In this document: in pieces, positions 1 through 10,286 of the stretch
Layout of the letters: each line of letters starts with the position of its first letter
Position numbering within the stretch: the stretch's first letter is position 1
Assembly: GCA_050246315.1 (NCBI GenBank)
Contig: JBFWWG010000016.1
Location: 1 to 64,000 of the forward strand
Reading direction: 5' to 3'
Source of the DNA: Nitrospiraceae bacterium
GTDB taxonomy: Bacteria > Nitrospirota > Nitrospiria > Nitrospirales > Nitrospiraceae
Length of the DNA stretch: 64,000 nt
Notes under the pieces: model-generated
The model's input: the letters and a program-made list of their open reading frames with translations, nothing else
What the model was told of the DNA's origin: nothing
Database searches by the model: none
Translations under genes and position numbers: made by a program

Positions 1-16
1 ACGCGTGCTGTCTCAT
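1..16 (-). CDS. 5' end of a divergent gene running off the window
   Basis: Minus-strand AAGGAGG RBS followed by ATG at 16; only 5 codons are visible. Confidence 0.35.
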
Positions 17-174
17 CGGAAGTCCTCCTTACGCGCCATGGCGATGCGATGCACCATCATACTCACGAAAGAGGACATGTACTGACACCTGACAACCATC
101 ATACAGGTCTCAGCACGATCGGAAAACGCCGGGCTATTCAATAATCGCTCCGTTCGTCCTGAGGTCCTCGAAGG

Positions 175-1012
175 ATGAACGGAGGGTTTTTCCGCAGCCT
201 GCTAGGGGGGGCGTGCTGAGCGCGGGATTGGGCCAGACAGGCCTCCATTGGTGCAGGTATTCGGAACTCTGTCGGCGCGACGACCGTGAACAAAGTCTGT
301 GGCTCATGCCTCATGACGGCGATCATGGCCGCGCGCGCCGTCCAACTTGGAGAAACGAAAGTGATCGTGATGGGCGGGAAGGAAAGCATGAGCCGCGCCC
401 TACCGGCTCGGGAAAGCCCGGACATGCCGCATCACGAGGGAAGAGCTGGACGACGTCGCCCTGGAGAGCTATCGCCGGCCTCGGGAGGGGGTGAGTTCGG
501 GTACCTGTGCTAAGGAGGCGTGGCAGTGAGGATTCCGCAGAAGAAGAGAGCGCCGCTGCTGCTTCGGGAGGATGAAGAGCCGGATCGGGTCGATTTGAGC
601 AACCTGCCCATGTGGAAGCCGGTAATTCAGGAGGACGACGTGCCGACGGTAGGGGATTGTCTGTCCAGTAACAAGGGTGCCGCCGCTCTGGCGATCATGG
701 CTGAAGACGAAGCGGCTTGTCTCGGGCTGAAGCCGGTGGCCAGAATTGTCGGCTACCTGGGATCCGTGCTTGCGCCGGAATGGTTCACGCTTGCGCCGGT
801 CGAGGCAATCACCCTGGTGCTGAAGAAGACGGACTTGTGCCCGGGTGAGACCGAGCTGTTCGCGATCAATGAGGCGTCCTCCTCTCGGAGCGACCGGTGC
901 CCGCCTCGTGACGACACGACTCCCTGCGGTGGAGGAGCACGGGGGTAGACGAGGGTTGGTTGGCCGCTGTATTGGCGGCGAAAAAGCGCTGGCCCTTATC
1001 ATGGAGCGATAA
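175..1012 (+). pseudogene. Acetyl-CoA C-acyltransferase (thiolase), fragmented
   Basis: Thiolase motifs lie in different frames: VLSAGLGQ, TTVNKVCGS (catalytic Cys), GGKESMSRA, FAINEA, CIGG; frameshifts and deletions separate them. Confidence 0.8.
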
Positions 1013-1016
1013 AGAG

Positions 1017-1104
1017 GCGTCAATCGTCAGGGAGAAAACGTCAGTCGAAAAAAGAGCGCCCTCAGCTCAGATGCGATTGACGCATGGCGAATGACGGTTG
1101 ACGA
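1017..1104. repeat. Inverted heptamer-repeat element (CGTCAnn / nnTGACG)
   Basis: GCGTCAATCG (1017-1026) is the perfect reverse complement of CGATTGACGC (1074-1083), followed by further 7-nt TGACG units. Confidence 0.6.
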
Positions 1105-1114
1105 AGTGTGTGCG

Positions 1115-2005
1115 ATGACGATCGACGACGTCAAGACCATCGGCGTGGTCGGGGCCGGGCAGATGGGGCGCGGCATCGCGCAGGTCTGCGCAGCGGCCGG
1201 CTGGAGGGTCTTGCTCGTCGATGTGACGGAAGAGGCGATCAAGGATGCGCTCAACAAGATCGGTCACGCAGTGACGAAAGCCGTGGAGAAGGGAGCCCTC
1301 CGGTCCGATCAGGCTGGGGTGGTCCTGGCGCTGATCCGTCCCATGAAGAGCTTAGAACAGTTGGTGGAGGCCCAGGTCATCATCGAAGCCATCCCGGAAG
1401 ATCGTCTGATGAAGCAGGAGCTGTTCGCAAAACTCGGCCGGATCTGCGACCCCGCAGCGATCCTGGGCAGCAACACCTCTTCGATTTCCATCGCAAATCT
1501 GGGCGTGGCCTCGGGGCGGGCGGACCGCGTGGTGGGGATTCATTTCATGAACCCGGTCCCGGTCATGCGCCTCGTGGAAGTTGTGCGGGGATTCGGGACC
1601 TCCGAGCGCACGCTCACGCTTGCGCTGGAGCTCGTCCGCCGTCTGGGTAAGACGCCGGTGGTCTGTAAGGATTTTCCGGGCTTCATCGTGAACCGCGTCC
1701 TGATCCCAATGATCAACGAAGCCATTTTCGCCCTGGCTGATGGTGTCGCTTCGGCTGAATTGATCGACTTAGCCATGTTGGAAGGCGCCAACCATCCCGT
1801 CGGTCCACTGGCCCTGGCCGACCGCATCGGTCTGGATACGGTGCTGGCGATCTGCGAGGTGCTGTATCAGGACCTGGGCGACCCGAAGTTTCGTCCCTGT
1901 CCGTTACTGCGGAAATACGTGGAGGCGGGATGGCTCGGCAGAAAATCCGGCCGCGGGTTTTACCTCTATGACCAACAGCCGGCGCTGAATGCTACTTCGA
2001 CCTAG
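1115..2005 (+). CDS. hbd: 3-hydroxybutyryl-CoA dehydrogenase
   Basis: GAGQMG Rossmann motif, [33 protein letters not shown]; start 1115 or 1091. Confidence 0.92.
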   Translation: MTIDDVKTIGVVGAGQMGRGIAQVCAAAGWRVLLVDVTEEAIKDALNKIGHAVTKAVEKGALRSDQAGVVLALIRPMKSLEQLVEAQVIIEAIPEDRLMKQELFAKLGRICDPAAILGSNTSSISIANLGVASGRADRVVGIHFMNPVPVMRLVEVVRGFGTSERTLTLALELVRRLGKTPVVCKDFPGFIVNRVLIPMINEAIFALADGVASAELIDLAMLEGANHPVGPLALADRIGLDTVLAICEVLYQDLGDPKFRPCPLLRKYVEAGWLGRKSGRGFYLYDQQPALNATST

Positions 2006-2038
2006 CATGGCCGTATGCTTGAAGGGAGGCCGTGCGTC

Positions 2039-3634
2039 ATGAATGAGCGGAAACCCCGATTCACCACCCTCTCAGGGAACGAGGTCGCGCGGGTCTATAC
2101 CGCGGACGAACTCAAAAGTTGGTCCGTGGAACATGACCTCGGCAAGCCGGGAGAGTTTCCCTACACGCGCGGCATCTATCCGACCATGTATCGAGGGCGC
2201 CTGTGGACCATGCGGCAGTTTGCTGGATTCGGGTCGGCCGAGGACACCAACCGCCGGTTCACGTATCTCCTGGAGCACGGGCAAACGGGGCTGAGTGTGG
2301 CCTTCGACATGCCGACGCTGATGGGACTCGATGCGGACGATCCGCAGGCCCACGGAGAGATCGGACACTGCGGGGTGTCGATCTCGTCATTGGCCGATAT
2401 GGAACGGCTGTTCGAGGGCATTCCGCTCGATCAGATCACGACCTCGATGACGATCAACGGGCCGGCCGCGGTGCTCTTCGCCATGTATCTTGCGGTCGCG
2501 GAGCGGCGGGGCATCCCCTTCGAGCGGCTGGGCGGAACGCTTCAGAACGATATCCTCAAGGAATACATCGCCCAAAAGGAATGGCTGTTTCCGCCGGAGC
2601 CGTCGATGCGCTTGATTACCGACACGATCGAGTACTGCGCCGACTCGCTTCCTAAGTGGCATCCGGTGAGCATCAGCGGCTACCACATCCGGGAAGCGGG
2701 CTCGACGGCTGTTCAAGAACTGGCCTTCACCCTCTACGATGGGCTCACCTACGTGGATGCCGCAGTGAAGGCGGGATTGGCTGTGGACCGGTTCGCGCCG
2801 AACCTGTCGTTCTTTTTCAATGTCCATCACGACTTCTTTGAAGAGGTCGCGAAGTTCAGGGCGGCACGTCGCCTGTGGGCGCGCGAAATGCGGCGGCGCT
2901 ATAACCCCGCCGATCCCCGGTCGCTCCAACTGCGCTGCCATGCCCAGACCGCGGGGTGCTCGTTGACCGCGCAACAGCCGTTGAACAACGTGGTGCGCAC
3001 GACCCTGCAGGCTCTGGCTGGCGTGCTGGGCGGGACCCAATCGCTCCACACCAACTCGATGGACGAGACTCTGGCGTTGCCGACGGAGCACGCCGTCCGG
3101 TTGGCGCTGCGCACCCAGCAGGTGATCGCCCACGAGAGCGAGGTGGTCAACACGGTCGATCCGTTGGGCGGCTCGTACTATGTCGAGGCGCTCACGAATC
3201 GATTGGAGGAAGGCGCTCGCGACTACTTCCAGCGGCTGGACGACATGGGTGGGATGATCAAGGCGATCGACCTGGGCTACCCGCAACGGGAAATTCTTGA
3301 TGCCTCGCAACGGTATCAGCGCGAGGTCGAGCGGGGTGACCGGACCATCGTCGGGGTCAACGAGTTCGTCGAGTCGGAGGCCCAGGAGATTCCGATCCTC
3401 AAGATCGGGTCGGAGGTCGAGGCGGAGCAGGTGGCCAGGCTATCCGATCTGAGGAAATCGCGCGATCCGTTCAAGATGGCGGGGGCTTTGGAAGAACTGC
3501 AGGAGGCGGCGTCCTGCCATGAGAACTTGATGCCGTATCTCATCGAGGCCGTGAAGGCGAAGGCGACGTTGGGAGAGATCTGCTCGGCGCTCAAGGAAGT
3601 GTTCGGGACGTACCGCGAACCCGTGGTGTTGTGA
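2039..3634 (+). CDS. icmA: B12-dependent acyl-CoA mutase large subunit, isobutyryl-CoA mutase type
   Basis: [40 protein letters not shown]; Phe/Gln at the positions that are Tyr89/Arg207 in methylmalonyl-CoA mutase; GGGAGG RBS. Confidence 0.8.
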   Translation: MNERKPRFTTLSGNEVARVYTADELKSWSVEHDLGKPGEFPYTRGIYPTMYRGRLWTMRQFAGFGSAEDTNRRFTYLLEHGQTGLSVAFDMPTLMGLDADDPQAHGEIGHCGVSISSLADMERLFEGIPLDQITTSMTINGPAAVLFAMYLAVAERRGIPFERLGGTLQNDILKEYIAQKEWLFPPEPSMRLITDTIEYCADSLPKWHPVSISGYHIREAGSTAVQELAFTLYDGLTYVDAAVKAGLAVDRFAPNLSFFFNVHHDFFEEVAKFRAARRLWAREMRRRYNPADPRSLQLRCHAQTAGCSLTAQQPLNNVVRTTLQALAGVLGGTQSLHTNSMDETLALPTEHAVRLALRTQQVIAHESEVVNTVDPLGGSYYVEALTNRLEEGARDYFQRLDDMGGMIKAIDLGYPQREILDASQRYQREVERGDRTIVGVNEFVESEAQEIPILKIGSEVEAEQVARLSDLRKSRDPFKMAGALEELQEAASCHENLMPYLIEAVKAKATLGEICSALKEVFGTYREPVVL

Positions 3635-3636
3635 GG

Positions 3637-3767
3637 GGCGGCATAGCGACCAGGCGCCTCCTGTGCTCGCGCAACGCGCGGCCTCAGAAGGGGCCGGGGG
3701 ACCCGTTGCTCTGCCGGTGCACCGGGTCGTGACGCGCGCAATTGGAGGCATCCCGGTCGCTGCCGCC
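3637..3767. repeat. Long imperfect palindromic (REP-like) intergenic element
   Basis: GGCGGCA..AGCGACC..GCCTCC pairs with GGAGGC..GGTCGCT-GCCGCC, forming a ~130-nt hairpin. Confidence 0.6.
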
Positions 3768-3886
3768 GGAGAGATGATCAAGGTCATGACACCTCGCCGC
3801 TATCGGCCTTGCCTCACCCTGTGAGGGAGAGGGGACTATACGGAGCCTAACGAATGACGATTGACGCATGACGGGTGGCGGCAACT

Positions 3887-4735
3887 ATGAAACTCGGCAA
3901 CTTTGACATCTATCCCGTGACCGATGGGAGGTTCCGACTGGACGGCGGTGCCATGTTCGGCGTGGTGCCGAAAGTGCTCTGGCAACGGTGCTGCGACGCT
4001 GACGAGTTGAACCGGATTTCCTTAAGCTTGACCTGCCTGCTCATCAAGGCCCATGGCCGGAACATCCTCGTGGATACGGGCCTCGGCGACAAGGGCGACG
4101 ACAAGTTTCATCAAATGTTCGCGGTGGACCGAAGCCGGACGGTGCTTGACTCGCTTCGCGAACACGGGTTGGCTGCGGACGACATTCACATGGTCATCAA
4201 CACGCATCTGCACTTCGATCATACCGGCGGCAATACCAAACGTGACGGGCGAGGAGCGCTTGTGCCGGCCTTCCCCAAGGCCGCCTATTTCATTCAGCAG
4301 GGTGAGTTCGAAGATGCGACACGGGCCAACGAGCGGACGAAAGCCAGCTACCGTAGCGAAAATATCGTGCCGGTGTCGGAACATTATCGGTGGGAACTGT
4401 TGCACGGCGACACGGAGGTGCTGCCCGGCATTACCACGGTCGTGACGGCGGGCCATACCCGCTATCACCAGGGGGTCAAGATTGAATCCGAAGGTCGAAC
4501 GGCGTTTTTCCTCGGCGATCTCATTCCCACTGTCTCGCATCTGCCGCTGCCCTATATTATGGGATACGACCTCTTCCCGATCCAGACGCTGGAGACCAAA
4601 CGCTGGGTGCTGGATCGCGCGATCGAGGAACATTGGCTGCTCATCTTCGAACATGACCCGCTGGTGCAGGCCGGCTATGTTCGTAAGGACCAGGCGGGTA
4701 GGTATGTGTTGGAAGAGGTGCGTGCATGGCAGTAG
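3887..4735 (+). CDS. Metallo-beta-lactamase-fold hydrolase (YtnP-like)
   Basis: [22 protein letters not shown] (HxHxDH), GHT, FEHDP. Confidence 0.88.
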   Translation: MKLGNFDIYPVTDGRFRLDGGAMFGVVPKVLWQRCCDADELNRISLSLTCLLIKAHGRNILVDTGLGDKGDDKFHQMFAVDRSRTVLDSLREHGLAADDIHMVINTHLHFDHTGGNTKRDGRGALVPAFPKAAYFIQQGEFEDATRANERTKASYRSENIVPVSEHYRWELLHGDTEVLPGITTVVTAGHTRYHQGVKIESEGRTAFFLGDLIPTVSHLPLPYIMGYDLFPIQTLETKRWVLDRAIEEHWLLIFEHDPLVQAGYVRKDQAGRYVLEEVRAWQ

Positions 4736-5133
4736 CGACGGAACCGATTCGCGTGTTGATCGGCAAAGTTGGGCTTGACGGGCACGACCGTGGCGTGAAG
4801 CTCATCGCGCGCGCGCTCCGAGACTCAGGGATGGAGGTTATCTACACGGGTTTGCACCAGACGCCGGAGCAGGTCGTGAACACGGCGATTCAGGAGGATG
4901 TGGATGCGATCGGCCTCAGCATTCTCTCGGGCGCGCACAAGACGCTGTTCGCGCGCGTGATCGAGTTGCTCAAGGAGCGGGGCGCGGAGGACATTGTCGT
5001 GTTCGGCGGTGGCATCATTCCCGACGACGAGCTTCCTTGGCTGAAGGCCGCCGGCGTCAGAGCGTTGTTCCGGCCCGGCGCGCCGATGGGGGAGATTGTG
5101 GAGTTCGTGAAGGGACTCAAGTCGCATACGTAA
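4726..5133 (+). CDS. icmB: Acyl-CoA mutase small (cobalamin-binding) subunit
   Basis: GLDGHDRG (DxHxxG), [16 protein letters not shown]. Confidence 0.88.
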   Translation: MAVATEPIRVLIGKVGLDGHDRGVKLIARALRDSGMEVIYTGLHQTPEQVVNTAIQEDVDAIGLSILSGAHKTLFARVIELLKERGAEDIVVFGGGIIPDDELPWLKAAGVRALFRPGAPMGEIVEFVKGLKSHT

Positions 5134-5160
5134 CAACAGGAGCGCTCAAAGGGGGATCAG

Positions 5161-6765
5161 ATGCGCGTACTGAAGAGCGGGATGAGCGCCACGTCCGACG
5201 AGTCTCGCCGCAATCGACAACATTACGAGGAACTCCTCGCGGATCTCAGGAAGCATCTCGCCCAAGTCCAGGCCGGAGGACCTGCCGATGCGACGGCTTT
5301 GCACAGGAAACGCGGCAAGCTCACCGTCCGCGAGAGGATTGCCCTCCTGCTCGATCCCGATTCTCCCTGGCTCGAACTGAGTCCATTGGCGGCCTTCGGC
5401 CTGTATGACAACGGAGTTCCTGCCGCCGGAATCCTCACCGGGATCGGATACGTGGCCGGCCGTCCCTGCGTGGTCGCTGCGAACGACGCCACCGTCAAGG
5501 GCGGCACCTATTTCCCCGCGACGATCAAGAAACATCTGCGCGCCCAGGCCATCGCGTTGGAGAATCGCCTGCCCGCGATTTATCTGGTCGACTCCGGCGG
5601 GGTGTTCCTGCCCATGCAGGCCGAGGTCTTCGCGGATCGCGAGCACTTCGGGCGGATCTTCTACAACCAGGCCCGGATGTCGGCGATGGGCATCCCGCAG
5701 ATTGCGGTCGTGATGGGCATGTGCACGGCCGGAGGCGCCTATGTCCCTGCCATGTGCGACGAGAACGTAATCGTGAAGAGAACCGGGACCATTTATCTGG
5801 CCGGTCCACCGCTCGTCAAGGCCGCCACCGGCGAGGAAGTCACGCCCGAAGTACTGGGGGGCGGCGACCTCCATACGAGACTGTCCGGCGTGAGCGACCA
5901 CTTGGCTGAAGACGATCACGACGCGCTGGAGATTTGTCGCTCCATCGTGTCCACGCTGGGCAAGAAGCCGCCGAGACGGCCCCGCGAGGCCCTTGAAGAG
6001 CCGCTCTATCCGGCCAGCGACCTCTACGGCCTGATTCCGAGTAACCCGCGGCAGACGTTTGATGCGCGGGAAGTCATCGCGCGGTTGGTGGATGGAAGCC
6101 GTTTTCACGAATTCAAAGCGCGCTATGGAACGACGCTGATCTGTGGATTCGCTCACTGGATGGGGCACCTGGTGGGAATCGTGGCCAACAACGGAGTGTT
6201 GTTCGCCGAAGCCGCGCTCAAAGGCGCCCATTTTGTGCAGCTCTGTTCGCAGCGGCGCATCCCGCTCGTCTTCCTCCAGAACATCACAGGCTTCATGGTC
6301 GGAAAGGACTACGAAGCGCGCGGGATCATCAAAGACGGAGCCAAGATGGTGCAAGCCGTGGCGACCGCGGAGGTGCCGAAGTTCACGGTGATCATCGGCG
6401 CGTCGCACGGCGCCGGTAATTACGCCATGTGCGGGCGCGCCTACGGCCCGCGATTTCTGTTCGTCTGGCCCAACGCGCGAATCTCGGTCATGGGCGCGCA
6501 GCAGGCTGCGCAGGTGCTGGTGACCGTCAAACAGCAACAGTTTGAGCGGGAAGGCAAGACCCTGCTGGACGAAGAACGGGATCGCATCACCGAGTCCATC
6601 CGGCGGCAATACGAAGAGGAGGGGAGCGCCTATACCAGCTCGGGCCGGCTCTGGGACGACGGGATCATCGATCCGATCGACACCCGCCGGGTGCTCGGTC
6701 TCTGTCTCGACGTGGCGATGTCGGCGCCGACGCGCGAATCGCATCCGCCGGTGTTCCGGATGTAG
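5161..6765 (+). CDS. liuB: 3-methylcrotonyl-CoA carboxylase-type carboxyltransferase (beta) subunit
   Basis: [40 protein letters not shown]-terminal VFRM. Confidence 0.9.
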   Translation: MRVLKSGMSATSDESRRNRQHYEELLADLRKHLAQVQAGGPADATALHRKRGKLTVRERIALLLDPDSPWLELSPLAAFGLYDNGVPAAGILTGIGYVAGRPCVVAANDATVKGGTYFPATIKKHLRAQAIALENRLPAIYLVDSGGVFLPMQAEVFADREHFGRIFYNQARMSAMGIPQIAVVMGMCTAGGAYVPAMCDENVIVKRTGTIYLAGPPLVKAATGEEVTPEVLGGGDLHTRLSGVSDHLAEDDHDALEICRSIVSTLGKKPPRRPREALEEPLYPASDLYGLIPSNPRQTFDAREVIARLVDGSRFHEFKARYGTTLICGFAHWMGHLVGIVANNGVLFAEAALKGAHFVQLCSQRRIPLVFLQNITGFMVGKDYEARGIIKDGAKMVQAVATAEVPKFTVIIGASHGAGNYAMCGRAYGPRFLFVWPNARISVMGAQQAAQVLVTVKQQQFEREGKTLLDEERDRITESIRRQYEEEGSAYTSSGRLWDDGIIDPIDTRRVLGLCLDVAMSAPTRESHPPVFRM

Positions 6766-6784
6766 CCATGACAAAAGGAGCCCC

Positions 6785-7603
6785 ATGAGCGAGTCCACCG
6801 TTCTGATCGAACAGCAGGGCGCCGTGGCCCGGGTCACATTGAACCGACCGGACCGCCGGAACTCGTTCGACGGGCCGATGATCGGCGAGCTGTGCGAGGC
6901 CTTCGAAACTGTGGACCGTGGCCAAGCTGTCCGGGTGGTGGTCCTGGGCGGAGCCGGGGCGGTCTTTTGTGCCGGCGCGGATCTGCGATGGATGGGCGCG
7001 GGCGGCGCAGTCTCCTCCCAGCAGGCGCGAGCTGATGCGGAGCGCCTCGTGAGGCTGTATCGCGCGATCGATGAGTGCCCCTGTCCCGTTATTGCGCGGG
7101 TGCAGGGATCGGCCTTCGGAGGAGGGGTCGGTCTGCTCGCCGTCTGCGACGTCGTGGTTGCGGCGGAGGATGCGTCGTTTGCGTTGAGCGAAGCGCGGCT
7201 CGGGTTGGTCCCGGCGGTGATCGCGCCGTTTCTTCTGCGGAAGGCCGGAGAGTCGTTCATGCGGCGCTATGCGCTCACCGGCGAAACGTTCTCCGTCTCA
7301 ACGGCCCGGCAATTTGATCTGGTTCACGATGTGGTCGAGCGGAATGGACTCGACAAACGAATCGACGAGCTGATCGAATCGGTCTTCCAACTGGCTCCGC
7401 AGGCGCTGCGGCGCACGAAAGCGCTGCTTCGGCAAGTTGTTCAGTCGTCCGAGGCAGAGCGCTGGCGTCTCTGCGCCGAGGCGAATGCGGAAGCGAGGCT
7501 GTCGGAGGAGGGGCGGGAAGGGATCCAATCGTTCACGGCGAAGCGCACTCCCTCCTGGGCGGCGGCGCGACAGGAGCGGCACCACAAACCGGAGGCGCAA
7601 TGA
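6785..7603 (+). CDS. liuC: Methylglutaconyl-CoA hydratase-like enoyl-CoA hydratase
   Basis: LNRPDRRN, FCAGADL, AFGGGVGL, LSEARLGLVPAVI; lies between liuB and HMG-CoA lyase. Confidence 0.8.
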   Translation: MSESTVLIEQQGAVARVTLNRPDRRNSFDGPMIGELCEAFETVDRGQAVRVVVLGGAGAVFCAGADLRWMGAGGAVSSQQARADAERLVRLYRAIDECPCPVIARVQGSAFGGGVGLLAVCDVVVAAEDASFALSEARLGLVPAVIAPFLLRKAGESFMRRYALTGETFSVSTARQFDLVHDVVERNGLDKRIDELIESVFQLAPQALRRTKALLRQVVQSSEAERWRLCAEANAEARLSEEGREGIQSFTAKRTPSWAAARQERHHKPEAQ

Positions 7604-8577
7604 GGAAAGAGATGGCGCTGACCATGCCGCAAACTGGTGAGGCCTCTCAGCCCAAGGGTGCTGTGCGGATTGTCGAGGTGGGCCCGCGGGACGGTTTGCA
7701 GAACGAACCAACGATCGTTCCGACCGAGGTCAAGGTCGCCTTCATCAATGCTTTGTCCAGAACCGGCGTTTCGGAGATTGAGGCCGGCGCATTCGTATCG
7801 GCCTCCGCCATCCCACAGTTGGCGGACAGTGACGACGTGTTCCGCAAGATCGAGCGGGCGCCAGGGGTTACGTACTCGGCGCTGGTCCCCAACGAACGAG
7901 GTCTGGAGCGGGCACGCGCGGTCGCGATACAGAAGATCGCGGTCTTTACCGCCGCCTCCGAGACCTTTACGCGGCGCAATATCAACGCGACGATTGCCGA
8001 ATCGCTCGCGCGATTCCGCCCGGTCATGGCCGGTGCGAAGCGCGACGGCATGGCCGTACGCGGCTATGTGTCCACGGCGCTCTTCTGTCCCTATGAAGGC
8101 CGGATCGCTCCAACTCAGGTTGCGGATGTGATCAAGTGCCTGCTCGACCTGGGAGTGGATGAGATCTCTTTGGGAGACACGATCGGAAAGGGGTCTCCTG
8201 CCGATGTGCGGAGACTTCTGGACACCGTGCTGCCCGGGCTCCAGCGGGAACGGCTTGCGCTGCATTTTCACGATACCTACGGGATGGCGGTCGCCAATGT
8301 CCTGACGGCCTGGTGGGAGTATGGAATCGAGACGTTCGACTGTTCGGCCGGCGGGTTGGGAGGCTGTCCGTACGCGCCGGGTGCCTCCGGTAATGTCGCC
8401 ACGGAGGATGTGGTGTACGCCCTGAAGGCCAGTGGCGCAACGGTGGTCGTTGATGAATACAAGGTGGTGGCGGCCTTGCAATCGAGCATGGAGCGCGATT
8501 TGAACCGGCGAGGCCGGTCACGGCTCTCGCAGGTGGACCTGGCTGGAACTCTAGAGGGACGGCATGGTGCTTCCTGA
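7600..8577 (+). CDS. liuE: Hydroxymethylglutaryl-CoA lyase
   Basis: EVGPRDGLQNE, LGDTIG, HFHDTYG, GLGGCPYAPGASGNVATED. Confidence 0.92.
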   Translation: MRKEMALTMPQTGEASQPKGAVRIVEVGPRDGLQNEPTIVPTEVKVAFINALSRTGVSEIEAGAFVSASAIPQLADSDDVFRKIERAPGVTYSALVPNERGLERARAVAIQKIAVFTAASETFTRRNINATIAESLARFRPVMAGAKRDGMAVRGYVSTALFCPYEGRIAPTQVADVIKCLLDLGVDEISLGDTIGKGSPADVRRLLDTVLPGLQRERLALHFHDTYGMAVANVLTAWWEYGIETFDCSAGGLGGCPYAPGASGNVATEDVVYALKASGATVVVDEYKVVAALQSSMERDLNRRGRSRLSQVDLAGTLEGRHGAS

Positions 8578-9373
8578 CGTCAGCCCGATGACCAGCGCGC
8601 CTCCCGCGGGCGATGTTGCGACCATGGTCGAACAGGTCAAGGCCGGCAGTATTCGCGCCGTCGCCCGCGTGATCACGTGGTTGGAGAATGGTGGGCCGAT
8701 CGGTGCGGCCGTCAGCACGCTCCTGCCACCACGGCACGGCCGCGGCAACGTGATCGGTGTGACCGGCTATCCGGGCGCGGGCAAGAGCACGCTGATTGGG
8801 CAGCTTATCGCGGCCTATCGAAGGCTGGACATGACGGTCGGCGTGCTCGCGGTCGATATCAGCAGCAAGCTGACCGGCGGCGCGCTGCTGGGCGATCGCA
8901 TTCGTATGCAGGAGTGGGGGGCCGATGCCGGAGTCTACATCCGTAGCATGGCGACCAGGGGGCATGCAGGAGGTGTGGCGCGGGCCACAGGCGAAGCGGT
9001 GAGGGTCTTGGAGGCAGCCGGGTACGAGGTGGTGTTGATCGAGACAATCGGGGTCGGTCAGGGAGAGCTCGACATCATGGAAATCGCGGACACGGTGGTG
9101 GCGGTGGTCGCGCCGGGATTGGGCGACGAGGTGCAGGCGATGAAGGCCGGGCTTCTGGAGGTCGCGCACATCGTGGTCGTGAACAAGGGCGACCGTCCCG
9201 GGGCCGAGACCACATTGCGCGACCTGCGTGAATGGTGTCCATGCGTGCTACGGGTGGTCGCGACGACGGGCGAGGGAGTCGGGGATCTCCTCGCGCTGGT
9301 CGCGGAACGGAGACGCATGCGTGACTTGACTCCCTCGGGAGCCCGGTCTTCCGCTCGAGTGATGCGGCAGTAA
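8564..9373 (+). CDS. meaB: MeaB/ArgK G-protein chaperone of the B12 mutase
   Basis: GYPGAGKST P-loop, GGALLGDRIRM, IETIGVGQ, NKGD. Confidence 0.9.
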   Translation: MVLPDVSPMTSAPPAGDVATMVEQVKAGSIRAVARVITWLENGGPIGAAVSTLLPPRHGRGNVIGVTGYPGAGKSTLIGQLIAAYRRLDMTVGVLAVDISSKLTGGALLGDRIRMQEWGADAGVYIRSMATRGHAGGVARATGEAVRVLEAAGYEVVLIETIGVGQGELDIMEIADTVVAVVAPGLGDEVQAMKAGLLEVAHIVVVNKGDRPGAETTLRDLREWCPCVLRVVATTGEGVGDLLALVAERRRMRDLTPSGARSSARVMRQ

Positions 9374-9381
9374 CATTTCAC

Positions 9382-10161
9382 ATGGTGAATCACTTGCTCA
9401 CGATCACGCACCAGATGGCCCGTATTACCTTGCAACACCCGCCGGCCAATGTGCTGACGCTGGCCATCTTGGACGAGCTCGAACAAATCTTTCACGAAGT
9501 GGAGGATGATCCCGATGTCCGTGTCATCATCGTGACCGGAGCGGGACGGTTCTTCTGCGCGGGAGCCGATATCAAGGAGTTGGCCCATCTGAATCATCAA
9601 CGAACGGGGTGCGAGTATGCGGCTCGCGGCCAAGCCTTGTTGAATCGCATCGAACGTTTCGACAAGCCAGTGGTGGCCGCCATCAACGGAACTTGCGTCG
9701 GAGGCGGCCTCGAACTCGCGTTGGCCTGCCATGTCCGGATCGCAGCGGCCGGAGTCATGATGGGGCTCCCGGAGATCAAACTCGGACTGATTCCCGGGTT
9801 CGGGGGGACGCAACGGCTTCCGCGCGTGGTCGGTCCCTCAAAGGCAACGGAGATGATCTTGAGCGGAGAGAGCGTCACTGCCGAGCAGGCCTGGCAGATC
9901 GGGCTGGTCAGTCGTGTGGTACCTTCGTCCGATCTGATGGCGCAGACCGAGACGGTGGCGAGGGTGATGGTCTCCCACGATCCCACGACGATCAATGCCG
10001 CACTCCATGCGATCAGGGGGGCGCTGGAGCTTCCGCTGGCCGAAGGACTTGCACGCGAAGCAGAGCTGTTCGGGCAATTGTGTGCGTCGCAGGGGAAGCA
10101 GGAGGCGATCCGGGCATTTCTGGAGAAGCGCCAACCGAATCCGGCAGGGACGAAGGGGTGA
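9382..10161 (+). CDS. Enoyl-CoA hydratase (crotonase)
   Basis: FCAGADIKE, GGGLELALAC, PEIKLGLIPGFGGTQRL. Confidence 0.9.
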   Translation: MVNHLLTITHQMARITLQHPPANVLTLAILDELEQIFHEVEDDPDVRVIIVTGAGRFFCAGADIKELAHLNHQRTGCEYAARGQALLNRIERFDKPVVAAINGTCVGGGLELALACHVRIAAAGVMMGLPEIKLGLIPGFGGTQRLPRVVGPSKATEMILSGESVTAEQAWQIGLVSRVVPSSDLMAQTETVARVMVSHDPTTINAALHAIRGALELPLAEGLAREAELFGQLCASQGKQEAIRAFLEKRQPNPAGTKG

Positions 10162-10173
10162 TCAGAGGAGCGT

Positions 10174-10267
10174 GTCAATGGTCATTCGTCACTGGTCATG
10201 TGTGATGCGGCAAGTGCCAAGGTGTGGAAGCGGCTTTGCCGCATGACGACTGACCCTTGACCAATGC
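10174..10267. repeat. Inverted heptamer-repeat element
   Basis: GTCAATG-GTCATTC-GTCACTG-GTCATGT facing ATGACGA-CTGACCC-TTGACCA. Confidence 0.6.
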
Positions 10268-10286
10268 CCAAACCTTTGAGGTGACC

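Noticed and set aside
5146..7260. 704-aa minus-strand ORF and similar long antisense ORFs (15442-17289, 23884-25056, 24996-26102)
   Set aside because: Shadow frames of well-supported plus-strand genes in GC-rich DNA; no recognisable motifs.
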